A stretch of DNA of 60,096 nucleotides from a virus (Duplodnaviria; Caudoviricetes). Location of the stretch: positions 1 through 60,096 of IMG/VR virus record IMGVR_UViG_3300020450_000024, one strand, 5' to 3'. Position 1 is the first letter of the stretch. Every line of letters starts with the position of its first letter. Below, piece by piece: positions 18,041-26,418 of the stretch. The notes under the pieces are model-generated. The model was not told where the DNA came from, ran no database searches, and was given only the letters and a program-made list of their open reading frames with translations. The position numbers and the translations under genes are program-made.

Positions 18041-18283
18041 ATGATACTGCGAGAGTTATTTTATTTTGATAAAGAATCACTGGAACCTATAGAAGATAAG
18101 TCCTATGATGCTTCTATGGACGACAGTATCATGAAGAAAAGTGATACAAGAAAGACACGCCTAACACTACGCCAAATCAATAAGGCTCGATTAGCATCTG
18201 AACTACATAAAGAAGAGCAGGAGAAAGATTTAGATTTCGTAAGACAAATGTACGGAATTGCCGCTAATACAGCCGAGGTGTAG
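18041..18283 (+). CDS. Small head-operon protein (prohead core-like, hypothetical)
   Basis: 80 aa between portal and core genes; MILRELF...DTRKTRLTLRQINKAR. Confidence 0.65.
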   Translation: MILRELFYFDKESLEPIEDKSYDASMDDSIMKKSDTRKTRLTLRQINKARLASELHKEEQEKDLDFVRQMYGIAANTAEV

Positions 18284-18286
18284 TAA

Positions 18287-18883
18287 ATGTCAGTAGCATT
18301 CGTGCTAGGAAACGGAACAAGTCGTAAAGACATCCCATTAGAACCATTAAGACAATACGGAAAAATTTATGGTTGCAATGCAATCTATAGAACGTTTGAT
18401 TGCGATTATCTTGTGGCTGTAGATGCCAAAATGGTAATGGAAATTGCACAATCTAACTACCAAATGCGTATTCCTGTATGGACTAATCCAAATAAAACAT
18501 TTAAAGATGTAAAAGGATTAAATTTTTTTAATCCAAGCAAGGGTTGGAGTAGCGGACCTACTGCATTAGACCTTGCTACATATCATCAACATAAAACTTT
18601 TTACTTGTTAGGCTTTGATTTTAAAGGCACAACAGGTACAGGGGGCAACGAGGACAAAGTAAACAACATATATGCTGGTACGTTGAATTACAAAAATGAG
18701 AATGATAATGCTACCTACTATGGCAACTGGGAGCGTCAAACAGGCATTATTGCCCAGAGAAATCATTTAAACAGATATATACGTGTGGTTAAAGATGGGG
18801 AAGATTTTTGTCCTAAGAGTCTTAAAAAGTTTAGCAACTTTACCCATATGACTGTTACAGAGTTCTGTAAGCAGTTCATATAA
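18287..18883 (+). CDS. MAF/DUF115/CstII-like (sialyltransferase-fold) putative glycosyltransferase
   Basis: FVLGNGTS...YGCNAIY...YLVAVD...WSSGPTAL...YLLGFDF motif set. Confidence 0.55.
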   Translation: MSVAFVLGNGTSRKDIPLEPLRQYGKIYGCNAIYRTFDCDYLVAVDAKMVMEIAQSNYQMRIPVWTNPNKTFKDVKGLNFFNPSKGWSSGPTALDLATYHQHKTFYLLGFDFKGTTGTGGNEDKVNNIYAGTLNYKNENDNATYYGNWERQTGIIAQRNHLNRYIRVVKDGEDFCPKSLKKFSNFTHMTVTEFCKQFI

Positions 18884-18947
18884 TCACATTAAGGTTTCAA
18901 AATAACGCATTTTGAGCCTATATTCCGCGTATTTTCATCATTATATG

Positions 18948-18953
18948 TAAATA
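18948..18953 (+). promoter_or_regulatory. Late promoter for the head operon
   Basis: TAAATA upstream of the AGGAGG RBS of 18998. Confidence 0.65.
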
Positions 18954-18997
18954 TTACTGACAGCCTTACCAAAAAAACACTTATAGGAGGTATTACA

Positions 18998-19990
18998 ATG
19001 GCAGATCGTAACAAATTCGAAGAAATGCTTGAGAAATTAGTTGCTGAAGACCGTAAAGGTGCTGAAGAATTATTTCACGAGATTGTAGTAGAAAAATCAA
19101 GAACAATTTATGAAAATTTATTAGCAGATGACGTGAAAGAATTAGACGTCGCTGAAGAGAAAAAAGAAGACGAAGCAGTTGACGAAGCATCAAAAGAAGA
19201 TGATGACAAAGAAGTTGACGAAGCGTCTAAAGAATCTGAAGAAGATAAAGTAGAAGAAGCATCTGATGAAGAAAAAGATGAAGAAACTACTGAAGCAACT
19301 GAAGAAGAAAAAACAGAAGAAGGTATTGAAGAGATTACACCTGAAGCACCAGCACCAGAAATGGGCGGCGATCCAGCAGATGACATGATTGATGATGTTG
19401 AAGATGCAATGGATGGCGACAAAGGTGACGAAGACAAAGGTGAAGACGACGAAGATATCGAAGATAGAGTCGTAGATCTTGAAGACGCACTTGACGACCT
19501 TAAGTCTGAATTTGAAAAAATGATGGGCGATAAGGAAGAAAAGGACGATGATGAAGATTCTGAGGAGCCTATGGGTGACATGGGTGACGAAGAAAAGGAA
19601 GATGAGGCTCTTGAGCCAACTTCCGAACTTGGAGTTGAAGAAATGCCAGTAGAATCAACTGATGAAGTTGAGGAAACTGCAAAGTCTCAAACAGAACAAA
19701 TGCGTGAGTATGTTGAAAAAGTGGCTGAGCCAAAAGGTGAAGACCATAAAGCAAAATCACCAGTAGCGGGTAAAAACGATATGGGTGGAAGTGCTTCTAA
19801 CATAGCAGGCGGTTCTGCAGAGGAAAAAGGCGGATCAGCGGCATCACCAAAAGAAGATTCAGCAGGTAACGTGAATGTTCCAGGTGGTAAAGCAAGTAAG
19901 TCTATGAAAGCAGACTCCAAAGGCCATGGTGCTGAGAAAAAAGGCGCAGGCGAAACTGGAACTGATGGCAAAAGCGTCATTGGTTCGTAA
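18998..19990 (+). CDS. Highly acidic prohead core protein
   Basis: 330 aa, very D/E-rich, immediately before the prohead protease; strong RBS. Confidence 0.7.
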   Translation: MADRNKFEEMLEKLVAEDRKGAEELFHEIVVEKSRTIYENLLADDVKELDVAEEKKEDEAVDEASKEDDDKEVDEASKESEEDKVEEASDEEKDEETTEATEEEKTEEGIEEITPEAPAPEMGGDPADDMIDDVEDAMDGDKGDEDKGEDDEDIEDRVVDLEDALDDLKSEFEKMMGDKEEKDDDEDSEEPMGDMGDEEKEDEALEPTSELGVEEMPVESTDEVEETAKSQTEQMREYVEKVAEPKGEDHKAKSPVAGKNDMGGSASNIAGGSAEEKGGSAASPKEDSAGNVNVPGGKASKSMKADSKGHGAEKKGAGETGTDGKSVIGS

Positions 19991-20005
19991 TATTAGGAAC
20001 GGATA

Positions 20006-20641
20006 GTGGTGTTAAACTTACGTGAGAACTTGACATTCGACCAAGCGAAGATGGTCGTTGAAACTACTGAGAACGATAAGGGAGGCAAAGACCTTTACCT
20101 AAAAGGTATTTGTATTCAAGGTGGCGTTAGAAACGCAAACCAAAGAGTGTATCCTGTAAGCGAGATTAGTAGGGCTGTCAACACTCTCAACGATCAAATA
20201 AGCGGAGGATACAGTGTTCTTGGCGAAGTTGATCATCCAGAAGGACTTAATATTAACCTAGACAGAGTAAGCCATATGATCACAGAGATGTGGACAGATG
20301 GACCAAATGGCTATGGAAAGATGAAGATATTACCTACACCGATGGGAGTCCTAGTTAAAACAATGCTGGAAAGCGGAGTTAAATTAGGGGTCTCATCAAG
20401 AGGTTCAGGGAATGTTAGCGAAGACGGAAGCAATACGGTTTCAGATTTTGAAATCATTACTGTGGACGTAGTAGCACAACCAAGTGCTCCTGGTGCCTAT
20501 CCGACACCAATATATGAGCATTTACTAAATGCCCGTGGTGGGTATCAGGCTTTAAATTTGGCTAAAGAGGTCCAAGGCGATCAAAAGGCACAGAAGTACA
20601 TCAAAGAATCTTTAATGAATGTTATTAAAGGTTTGAAATAA
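20006..20641 (+). CDS. gp21: Prohead maturation protease
   Basis: NANQRVYP, LGEVDHP, GVSSRGSG and DVVAQPSAPGAYP motifs. Confidence 0.93.
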   Translation: MVLNLRENLTFDQAKMVVETTENDKGGKDLYLKGICIQGGVRNANQRVYPVSEISRAVNTLNDQISGGYSVLGEVDHPEGLNINLDRVSHMITEMWTDGPNGYGKMKILPTPMGVLVKTMLESGVKLGVSSRGSGNVSEDGSNTVSDFEIITVDVVAQPSAPGAYPTPIYEHLLNARGGYQALNLAKEVQGDQKAQKYIKESLMNVIKGLK

Positions 20642-20651
20642 GGAGAACCAG

Positions 20652-21749
20652 ATGTTAGACGCTTTAAAATCACTTTTTGAAACGAATGCAATTTCAGAAG
20701 AGATCAAGAATGACATCGAAGAGGCTTGGAATGCCAAAGTTAAAGAAAATCAAATGCAAATCACTGCTGAGTTGCGTGAGGAATTTGCATCTAAATACGA
20801 ACACGATAAAGCCAACATGGTTGAAGCCGTGGAAAAAATGTTAGATGAAAAACTAAACGAAGAAATTTCAGAGTTTGCAGAAGATAGAAAAAAACTTGCT
20901 GAAGCCAGAGCAAAGTACCATGTAGCAATGCGTGAAAACGCAGACCTACTTAAAGGCTTTGTAATGGAACAGTTAGGCAAAGAAGTTTCTGAACTACATG
21001 AAGACCAAAAAGTAATGGCAAGTAAATTTGGCAAACTTGAGGAATTTGTAGTTGATGCTCTTGCAAAAGAAATTGCTGAGTTCCACGAAGACAAAAAAGA
21101 TTTGGCAGAAACGAAGGTTAGATTAATTCGTGAAGCCAAAGAACATTTAAGTAAAGTAAAACAATCCTTCATCGAAAAAGGTGCTAAAGTTGTCGAAAAA
21201 ACAGTTGCTAAAACATTGAACAATGAAATTAGTCAATTGAAAGAAGACATCGACACAGCACGTAGAAATGACTTCGGTCGTAAAATTTTCGAGACATTTG
21301 CAGAAGAGTATAGCAATTCATACATGAATGAGAAAAGCGAAACTGCAAAACTACTTAAAGTAGTTGATCTGAAGGATAAACAACTTGCGGAAGCAAAAGC
21401 GAATGCTGAGGAAAAAGCAAAATTAGTTGAAAGCAAAGATGCTGAAATTAAAAATGCTGTTGAAACCGCAAAGAGAAAAGAAACAATTTCTGAACTAGTT
21501 GCTCCTTTGAGCAAAGAACAGAAAGAGATTATGCAAGACTTACTAGAGTCAGTAGAAACTGAAAAGTTACAAGGACACTTTAACAAGTACCTTTCTGCTG
21601 TAATCGATGGCAAGTCAGTAGCAAAGAAGGCGACACTTACCGAGGCAAAAGAAATTACAGGCGATAAAGAAGAAAATAGTTCGAGTGCAAGTGATTCTGC
21701 AAAAGTTGATAATGTTGTAGATATTAGAAGACTTGCAGGATTAAAATAA
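20652..21749 (+). CDS. gp22: Prohead scaffolding protein
   Basis: 365-aa E/K-rich coiled coil between protease and major capsid; ends IRRLAGLK. Confidence 0.85.
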   Translation: MLDALKSLFETNAISEEIKNDIEEAWNAKVKENQMQITAELREEFASKYEHDKANMVEAVEKMLDEKLNEEISEFAEDRKKLAEARAKYHVAMRENADLLKGFVMEQLGKEVSELHEDQKVMASKFGKLEEFVVDALAKEIAEFHEDKKDLAETKVRLIREAKEHLSKVKQSFIEKGAKVVEKTVAKTLNNEISQLKEDIDTARRNDFGRKIFETFAEEYSNSYMNEKSETAKLLKVVDLKDKQLAEAKANAEEKAKLVESKDAEIKNAVETAKRKETISELVAPLSKEQKEIMQDLLESVETEKLQGHFNKYLSAVIDGKSVAKKATLTEAKEITGDKEENSSSASDSAKVDNVVDIRRLAGLK

Positions 21750-21759
21750 GGAGAAAATA

Positions 21760-22923
21760 ATGTCAGAACTTTTAGAAAGTAAATGGCAGGATACAAAAGT
21801 TGCGTTGCTCGAAGGCCTAACAGGCAATAAAAAGTCTGTGATGTCCGCTACTCTAGAAAATACTAGAAAGTATTTGGCAGAGGCGGCTACTGCAGGTGCC
21901 ACAGGCGCGGGTAATGTTGCAACTCTTAACAGAGTTATCCTTCCAGTAATTAGACGTGTTATGCCAACGGTTATCGCTAACGAAATCGTAGGTGTACAAC
22001 CAATGACTGGTCCAGTTGGACAAATCCACACACTAAGAGTAAGATATGCAGATTCATTTGATGACGTAACAGCAGGCGAAGAAGCATTATCACCTTTCCA
22101 AATTGGTTTAGGTTACTCAGGTGGCGGATCCACTGATAAAGCAGACGCAACAGCAAACCTAGAAGGTACTGCTGGTAAGCGTTTAAGCATTCAGATCTTA
22201 AAACAAACAGTTGAAGCGAAAACTCGTAAATTGAGTGCTCGTTGGACTTTTGAAGCGGCTCAGGATGCACAAGCACAGCAAGGTATCGATATTGAAGCAG
22301 AAATTATGGCGGCATTAGCCCAAGAAATTACTGCTGAGATCGACCAAGAAGTTCTTAACTCATTAAGAACTTTAGCAGGTGCGGCTGAATCAGACGTTCA
22401 ATACGATCAAAATGCTGTATCAGGTACTGCAACGTTCGTGGGTGATGAACACGCGGCGTTGGCTGTAATGATCAACAGAGCGGCAAACAAAATTGCACAA
22501 CGTACAAGACGTGGTGCTGGTAACTTTGCAGTGGTATCACCGCATACGTTAACAGTTCTTCAGTCAGCAACAACTTCAGCGTTCGCAAGAACAACTGAAG
22601 GTACGTTCGAAGCACCAACTAATACTAAATTAGTAGGTACTTTAAATGGTGCAATGAAAGTTTACGTTGACGCTTATGCATCAGATACTACTGATGTATT
22701 AGTAGGGTACAAAGGAACATCAGAAGCAGATGCGGCGGCGTTCTACTGTCCTTACATTCCATTAATGTCAAGTGGCGTTGTACTTGACCCATCATCTTTC
22801 GAACCAGTTGTGTCTTTCATGACTAGATACGGATATGTTGAGTTAAACAATACTGCTTCTTCATTAGGTAATGCGGCAGACTACCTAGCAAGAGTTAGTG
22901 TAGCAAACGTAACATTCTCGTAA
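21760..22923 (+). CDS. gp23: Major capsid protein
   Basis: RRVMPTVIANEIVGVQPMTGPVGQI, AKTRKLSARWTFEAAQD, EITAEIDQE, FYCPYIPL, FMTRYG. Confidence 0.97.
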   Translation: MSELLESKWQDTKVALLEGLTGNKKSVMSATLENTRKYLAEAATAGATGAGNVATLNRVILPVIRRVMPTVIANEIVGVQPMTGPVGQIHTLRVRYADSFDDVTAGEEALSPFQIGLGYSGGGSTDKADATANLEGTAGKRLSIQILKQTVEAKTRKLSARWTFEAAQDAQAQQGIDIEAEIMAALAQEITAEIDQEVLNSLRTLAGAAESDVQYDQNAVSGTATFVGDEHAALAVMINRAANKIAQRTRRGAGNFAVVSPHTLTVLQSATTSAFARTTEGTFEAPTNTKLVGTLNGAMKVYVDAYASDTTDVLVGYKGTSEADAAAFYCPYIPLMSSGVVLDPSSFEPVVSFMTRYGYVELNNTASSLGNAADYLARVSVANVTFS

Positions 22924-22940
22924 GAGATTGTAAACTTATT

Positions 22941-22970
22941 AAAAGGGCGGCTTTATGTCGCCCTTTTTTT
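22941..22970 (+). terminator. Rho-independent terminator after gp23
   Basis: AAAAGGGCGGC-TTTAT-GTCGCCC followed by a T run. Confidence 0.85.
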
Positions 22971-23014
22971 ATGGCCAAAATATCTATTTTGGTAAACCTT
23001 TTTGCTTTTTTCGG

Positions 23015-23043
23015 TTGCTTTTTTCTACAAACAATGTTATATT
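23015..23043 (+). promoter_or_regulatory. Sigma70-type promoter (extended -10) ahead of a putative ncRNA
   Basis: TTGCTT (23015-23020), 17-bp spacer ending TGT, TATATT (23038-23043). Confidence 0.6.
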
Positions 23044-23049
23044 AATATT

Positions 23050-23280
23050 AACTTTAACACAAACTAAGAGAGTTATAAACTCTTAGCACTTGTGGCAGAA
23101 CAACCCTTCGGCAGGGGGGTAATGCACACTAAAGTCTTTTACGCGGCCAAGTGGCTAGGTTTAGGCGGAGGTGGTTGGAAGTAGATATCATATCTAAACC
23201 TTGCAAAATTCAGATGTGATCTGCTTATCGAAAGTTGGAGGTGAGTTCACAGCAAGGCCTCCCAAGTAGTGTTTTAGTTG
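23050..23280 (+). ncRNA. Putative stand-alone structured ncRNA (~230 nt), unknown family
   Basis: 5' and 3' ends pair (AACT..AACAC / GTGTT..AGTT) and enclose at least 5 helices; GC-richer than flanks; followed by a T run. Confidence 0.6.
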
Positions 23281-23307
23281 TTCCCCTTTTTTTAAATAAA
23301 TATATGT

Positions 23308-23730
23308 ATGAAGGACGAATATACATCGGCCTTTTTCGACATTGTCAAGGAGGCATCCGAGACTACGGGTTATCAATTACCATTAGAAATTGAGTCCTAT
23401 GTAGTAATGCTTCTTGCTGACAAAATAGACAATCCAAATTTTTTACCAAAAACAACTTTTGCACAGGAATTATTTGAAATCCAAAATCATCGATTGAAAG
23501 GAAAAGAACTAGGAGATACTGCTCTATTTCTATCAGGTGTTTTTCCTGAATATTGTGAAAATAAGGTGTCTGTAAGTTACTTTGTTCAGATAGGTAGTAC
23601 AAGTTATACCATGTGTAGTAAACACCTACACAGCGACCTCTTTGAAGCATTAAGCGGTAATTTTAACTTCATTCGTGAGTTCATAAACGTAACAGTCCGC
23701 AAGCCTAATCCATTATTACATATTGGATAA
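23308..23730 (+). CDS. Hypothetical protein resembling a conserved uncharacterised bacterial family
   Basis: YVVMLL...KELGDTALFLSGVFPE...YFVQIGSTSY...FEALSGNF; leaderless (TAAATA 23297-23302, N5, ATG). Confidence 0.65.
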   Translation: MKDEYTSAFFDIVKEASETTGYQLPLEIESYVVMLLADKIDNPNFLPKTTFAQELFEIQNHRLKGKELGDTALFLSGVFPEYCENKVSVSYFVQIGSTSYTMCSKHLHSDLFEALSGNFNFIREFINVTVRKPNPLLHIG

Positions 23731-23836
23731 ATACTTTTGTCATGATAGTGTGCCACATAATTTTTGGTGGACTTATGGGGACAAAACCCCGTAGCAGATA
23801 GAACCTGCATCGGACTTCTAAAAGAGGAGAAAAAAA
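23728..23836 (+). promoter_or_regulatory. Late promoter plus structured 5' leader
   Basis: GATAAATA, then hairpins CCAC/GTGG, TATGGGG/CCCCGTA and GCAG/CTGC before the GAGGAG RBS. Confidence 0.55.
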
Positions 23837-24283
23837 ATGGGTAGACCACTTAATAAAAAGTTTTTCGGAGAGCCAACTGCGGGTGGCAACGAAATCAAAG
23901 TAGAATTTCACAACGGTTCAGCAGTTGTGGAAGGACATATCGTTAAGCAATTAGGATCAAAAAAATTCAGAGTAGCAACAATTGGTGCTGACGACACTGA
24001 ATATGATCGTTTCTTAACAACAGGAAAATTAGCATCAGCATTGACTGGTACTGAAATGGCAATCACTGTAAAAGGTGATGATTCAGAAACATATCAAGTT
24101 TCTAAAATCGCTGGTAGAAAAGCAACTATAATTGCACCAGACGGTACAGGATCAAATGCTTTATCAGGTACGTCAGTAGCATGGAACTTCTCAACTGCAA
24201 CCAATGACGGTGCGGCGCAAGTAGAAGAAGCAGGTGACGACGATACAGCAGGTAACGATGATGACGATTTCGCAAATGCGTAA
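23837..24283 (+). CDS. Virion structural protein (possible head decoration)
   Basis: MGRPLNKKFFG N-terminus; strong RBS; late promoter; downstream of gp23. Confidence 0.6.
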   Translation: MGRPLNKKFFGEPTAGGNEIKVEFHNGSAVVEGHIVKQLGSKKFRVATIGADDTEYDRFLTTGKLASALTGTEMAITVKGDDSETYQVSKIAGRKATIIAPDGTGSNALSGTSVAWNFSTATNDGAAQVEEAGDDDTAGNDDDDFANA

Positions 24284-24291
24284 TTAGAATA

Positions 24292-24319
24292 TATTGTAGG
24301 GGAGCAATCCCCTACAGTA
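24292..24319 (+). terminator. GNRA-capped intergenic hairpin (partial terminator or mRNA stabiliser)
   Basis: TATTGTAGGGGA-GCAA-TCCCCTACAGTA with only a weak U tract. Confidence 0.6.
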
Positions 24320-24336
24320 ACTTTAGGAATTAGAGA

Positions 24337-25302
24337 ATGTCAAAACTTGTTAATGTTGCAAACGGAAATTACAAACTAACTGTCCAGCCAGGCGGTTCCA
24401 TTACAATGGATACTGGCGTTCAACAAGGACAATTTATAATCACAGGTGACCTTCAAGTACAAGGTGACACAACTTTTGTATCTTCTGCAAACTTAACAAT
24501 TCAAGATAATGTAATAGTTTTGAACCAAGGTGAAACTGGTGCAGGTGTAAGTTTAAATACTTCAGGTATTAGAATAGACAGAGGTACATTACCAGATGCT
24601 TTACTTGTATTTGACGAAACAATAACTTACAATGAACCTGTTACACAAACAATCAAGCAAGGTGCATTTAAATTTAAAGATGAAAACAATGATAACATTG
24701 GATTCTTTCTTACACACATTGCAACAGGCGGAAGTAATTTAAATTTAATTAATCAAGGTACAGGTGTTATTAATGTATCTGGAACAGCAGACTACGAAAA
24801 CCAAGTTCAGTTTGATGATGACATTCCAAACAGAAAATTCGTAGTAGATAGAATTCAAAATGCCTTTTTAGGATTTTCAAGTCCTCAAATTACAAGCGGT
24901 GATACAGTTGTAAAAGTAACTGACATTAGTGAAGATAGTACTATATCACAAGCATTCGTAGATGTAAATGGTCAACGTACTTCTACATTCTTTGAGGAAA
25001 GAACAGAATTATTTGACATAATGGTAAAAGGTTCTACAATAAGTTCATATCTAAGTAATAGTGATCTAGTTTTAGAATCTCCAGGTACTGGAAGTATTAG
25101 AATTGATGACACTTTACATATTAATTCAACTCCAGGACTAGATGATAATACAATAGATCCTGCGGCTCCAACAGACGGTGTAAAAATATATGCCAAAGCC
25201 GAAGGTAATGGAAATACTGGTATCTATTATGTAAATAGTACTAGTGAAAGAGATGAACTAATTAGTAGAAATAGATCGCTACTATATGGAATGTTATTTT
25301 AA
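24337..25302 (+). CDS. Virion structural/fibre-associated protein
   Basis: ITGDLQVQGDTTFV...IQDNVIVLNQGE..GIRIDRG fibre-shaft motifs; ends SRNRSLLYGMLF. Confidence 0.65.
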   Translation: MSKLVNVANGNYKLTVQPGGSITMDTGVQQGQFIITGDLQVQGDTTFVSSANLTIQDNVIVLNQGETGAGVSLNTSGIRIDRGTLPDALLVFDETITYNEPVTQTIKQGAFKFKDENNDNIGFFLTHIATGGSNLNLINQGTGVINVSGTADYENQVQFDDDIPNRKFVVDRIQNAFLGFSSPQITSGDTVVKVTDISEDSTISQAFVDVNGQRTSTFFEERTELFDIMVKGSTISSYLSNSDLVLESPGTGSIRIDDTLHINSTPGLDDNTIDPAAPTDGVKIYAKAEGNGNTGIYYVNSTSERDELISRNRSLLYGMLF

Positions 25303-25311
25303 GGAGGACAA

Positions 25312-25644
25312 ATGGCACTAGCAAATTCATTAATTGGATCAACTAACACAAATTTAGTAGTTGTACCGGCTGGAAAACAGTATGCTATTTTGACTTTAAT
25401 GGTATGTAACACTGCGGCAGAAGATCCAACAGGAAGTAATGACAGTAAATTTGATTTACACTTTGTTCCGCAAGGACAAAGTATTGGAGCAGTTAACCAA
25501 GTTTGTAAAGAAATAAATGTTACTGGTGCAGAAACATTTACTTTTGACACAGAGAAGATGGTATTAAGTGAAGGTGATTCCATTGTTGCTGTATCACAGG
25601 CTCCATTAAATTTGTCAGCAACGGTAAGTTTTTTAGAGGTATAA
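25312..25644 (+). CDS. Small beta-sandwich fibre adaptor, paralogue 1
   Basis: LMVCN...EKMVLSEGD...ATVSFLEV; similar to 33141 and 47943. Confidence 0.6.
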   Translation: MALANSLIGSTNTNLVVVPAGKQYAILTLMVCNTAAEDPTGSNDSKFDLHFVPQGQSIGAVNQVCKEINVTGAETFTFDTEKMVLSEGDSIVAVSQAPLNLSATVSFLEV

Positions 25645-25645
25645 G

Positions 25646-26173
25646 ATGAAATTTTTAAAGGCTCAAACTACAAACACACGTGGTATCCAACACGGTAAAG
25701 GAATTTATTTCGATACCGATGAGGGTGTACGTATGGAGTCTACAAATTCATTGAATCTTCCAAGAGGTAACAATGCACAAAGACCTAACACTGCACAAAT
25801 AGGACAGATAAGATATAATACACAAGAAAATTATGTTGAATTTTATCAAGCAGGTGTTTGGAAACCAATAAGATTACAAGAGCCAACAACTATAACACAA
25901 CAAAGTTTAGGTAACGGTGACGGAACAGAAACAGTGTTTGGTGTTTTAGCAAGTGGTGATAGTGCATTTCCAGTTCCTAGTGCGGCACAAAACGTATTAG
26001 TATTAGTAGAAAACGTTTTACAATTAGCCACAACAAACTATACACTAGAACAAAGTACGTCAGGAAATTTAACAGGACCAAATCAGCCTTATGCTGATGG
26101 TTATTACATTAAATTTACACAGGCAGTTCCATTAGGTAAGCCTGTAACTGTAATTCATAACTTTGACAAATAA
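25646..26173 (+). CDS. Virion structural protein
   Basis: LPRGNNAQRP...GQIRYNT trimer-knob motif plus GDGTETVF...VLVENVLQ...YTL module. Confidence 0.6.
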   Translation: MKFLKAQTTNTRGIQHGKGIYFDTDEGVRMESTNSLNLPRGNNAQRPNTAQIGQIRYNTQENYVEFYQAGVWKPIRLQEPTTITQQSLGNGDGTETVFGVLASGDSAFPVPSAAQNVLVLVENVLQLATTNYTLEQSTSGNLTGPNQPYADGYYIKFTQAVPLGKPVTVIHNFDK

Positions 26174-26385
26174 TGTCTGCTAACGGTATATCACACTTAA
26201 CTTATAAAAGACAACGCCAAGAACAAAAGTTAAAACTTGCGGCAGAAAAACGTGCGGCAACAGGTAAAAGATCTAAACTTAAAAAAGGTTTAATGCCTAC
26301 TCTATACACAGCAAGTGAAAACAGCACAGCAAAGAAAAAACAAATCACAACAGGATCTTTAAAGACTGGCCGTCCTTGGACATAA
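26173..26385 (+). CDS. Small Lys/Arg-rich protein
   Basis: 70 aa, MSANGIS...RQEQKLKLAAEKR...GRPWT; coupled to the upstream gene by TAATG. Confidence 0.6.
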   Translation: MSANGISHLTYKRQRQEQKLKLAAEKRAATGKRSKLKKGLMPTLYTASENSTAKKKQITTGSLKTGRPWT

Positions 26386-26393
26386 TATTCCGA

Positions 26394-26399
26394 TAAATA
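26394..26399 (+). promoter_or_regulatory. Late promoter (CGATAAATA)
   Basis: TAAATA upstream of the AAGGAG RBS of 26419. Confidence 0.7.
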
Positions 26400-26418
26400 T
26401 TAGTAAGGAGTACTAAAA

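Noticed and set aside
14112-22276. Long minus-strand ORFs opposite tape measure and head genes (e.g. 14112-14771, 15657-16325, 19108-19581, 21233-21796)
   Set aside because: Ser/Phe/Leu-rich mirror translations of GAA/GCA-rich sense genes.
23050-23280. tRNA, tmRNA, RNase P or 6S identity for the post-capsid RNA
   Set aside because: No cloverleaf/TTCGA arm or CCA end, no GAGGAAAGTC RNase P motif, and the structure is multibranch rather than rod-like.
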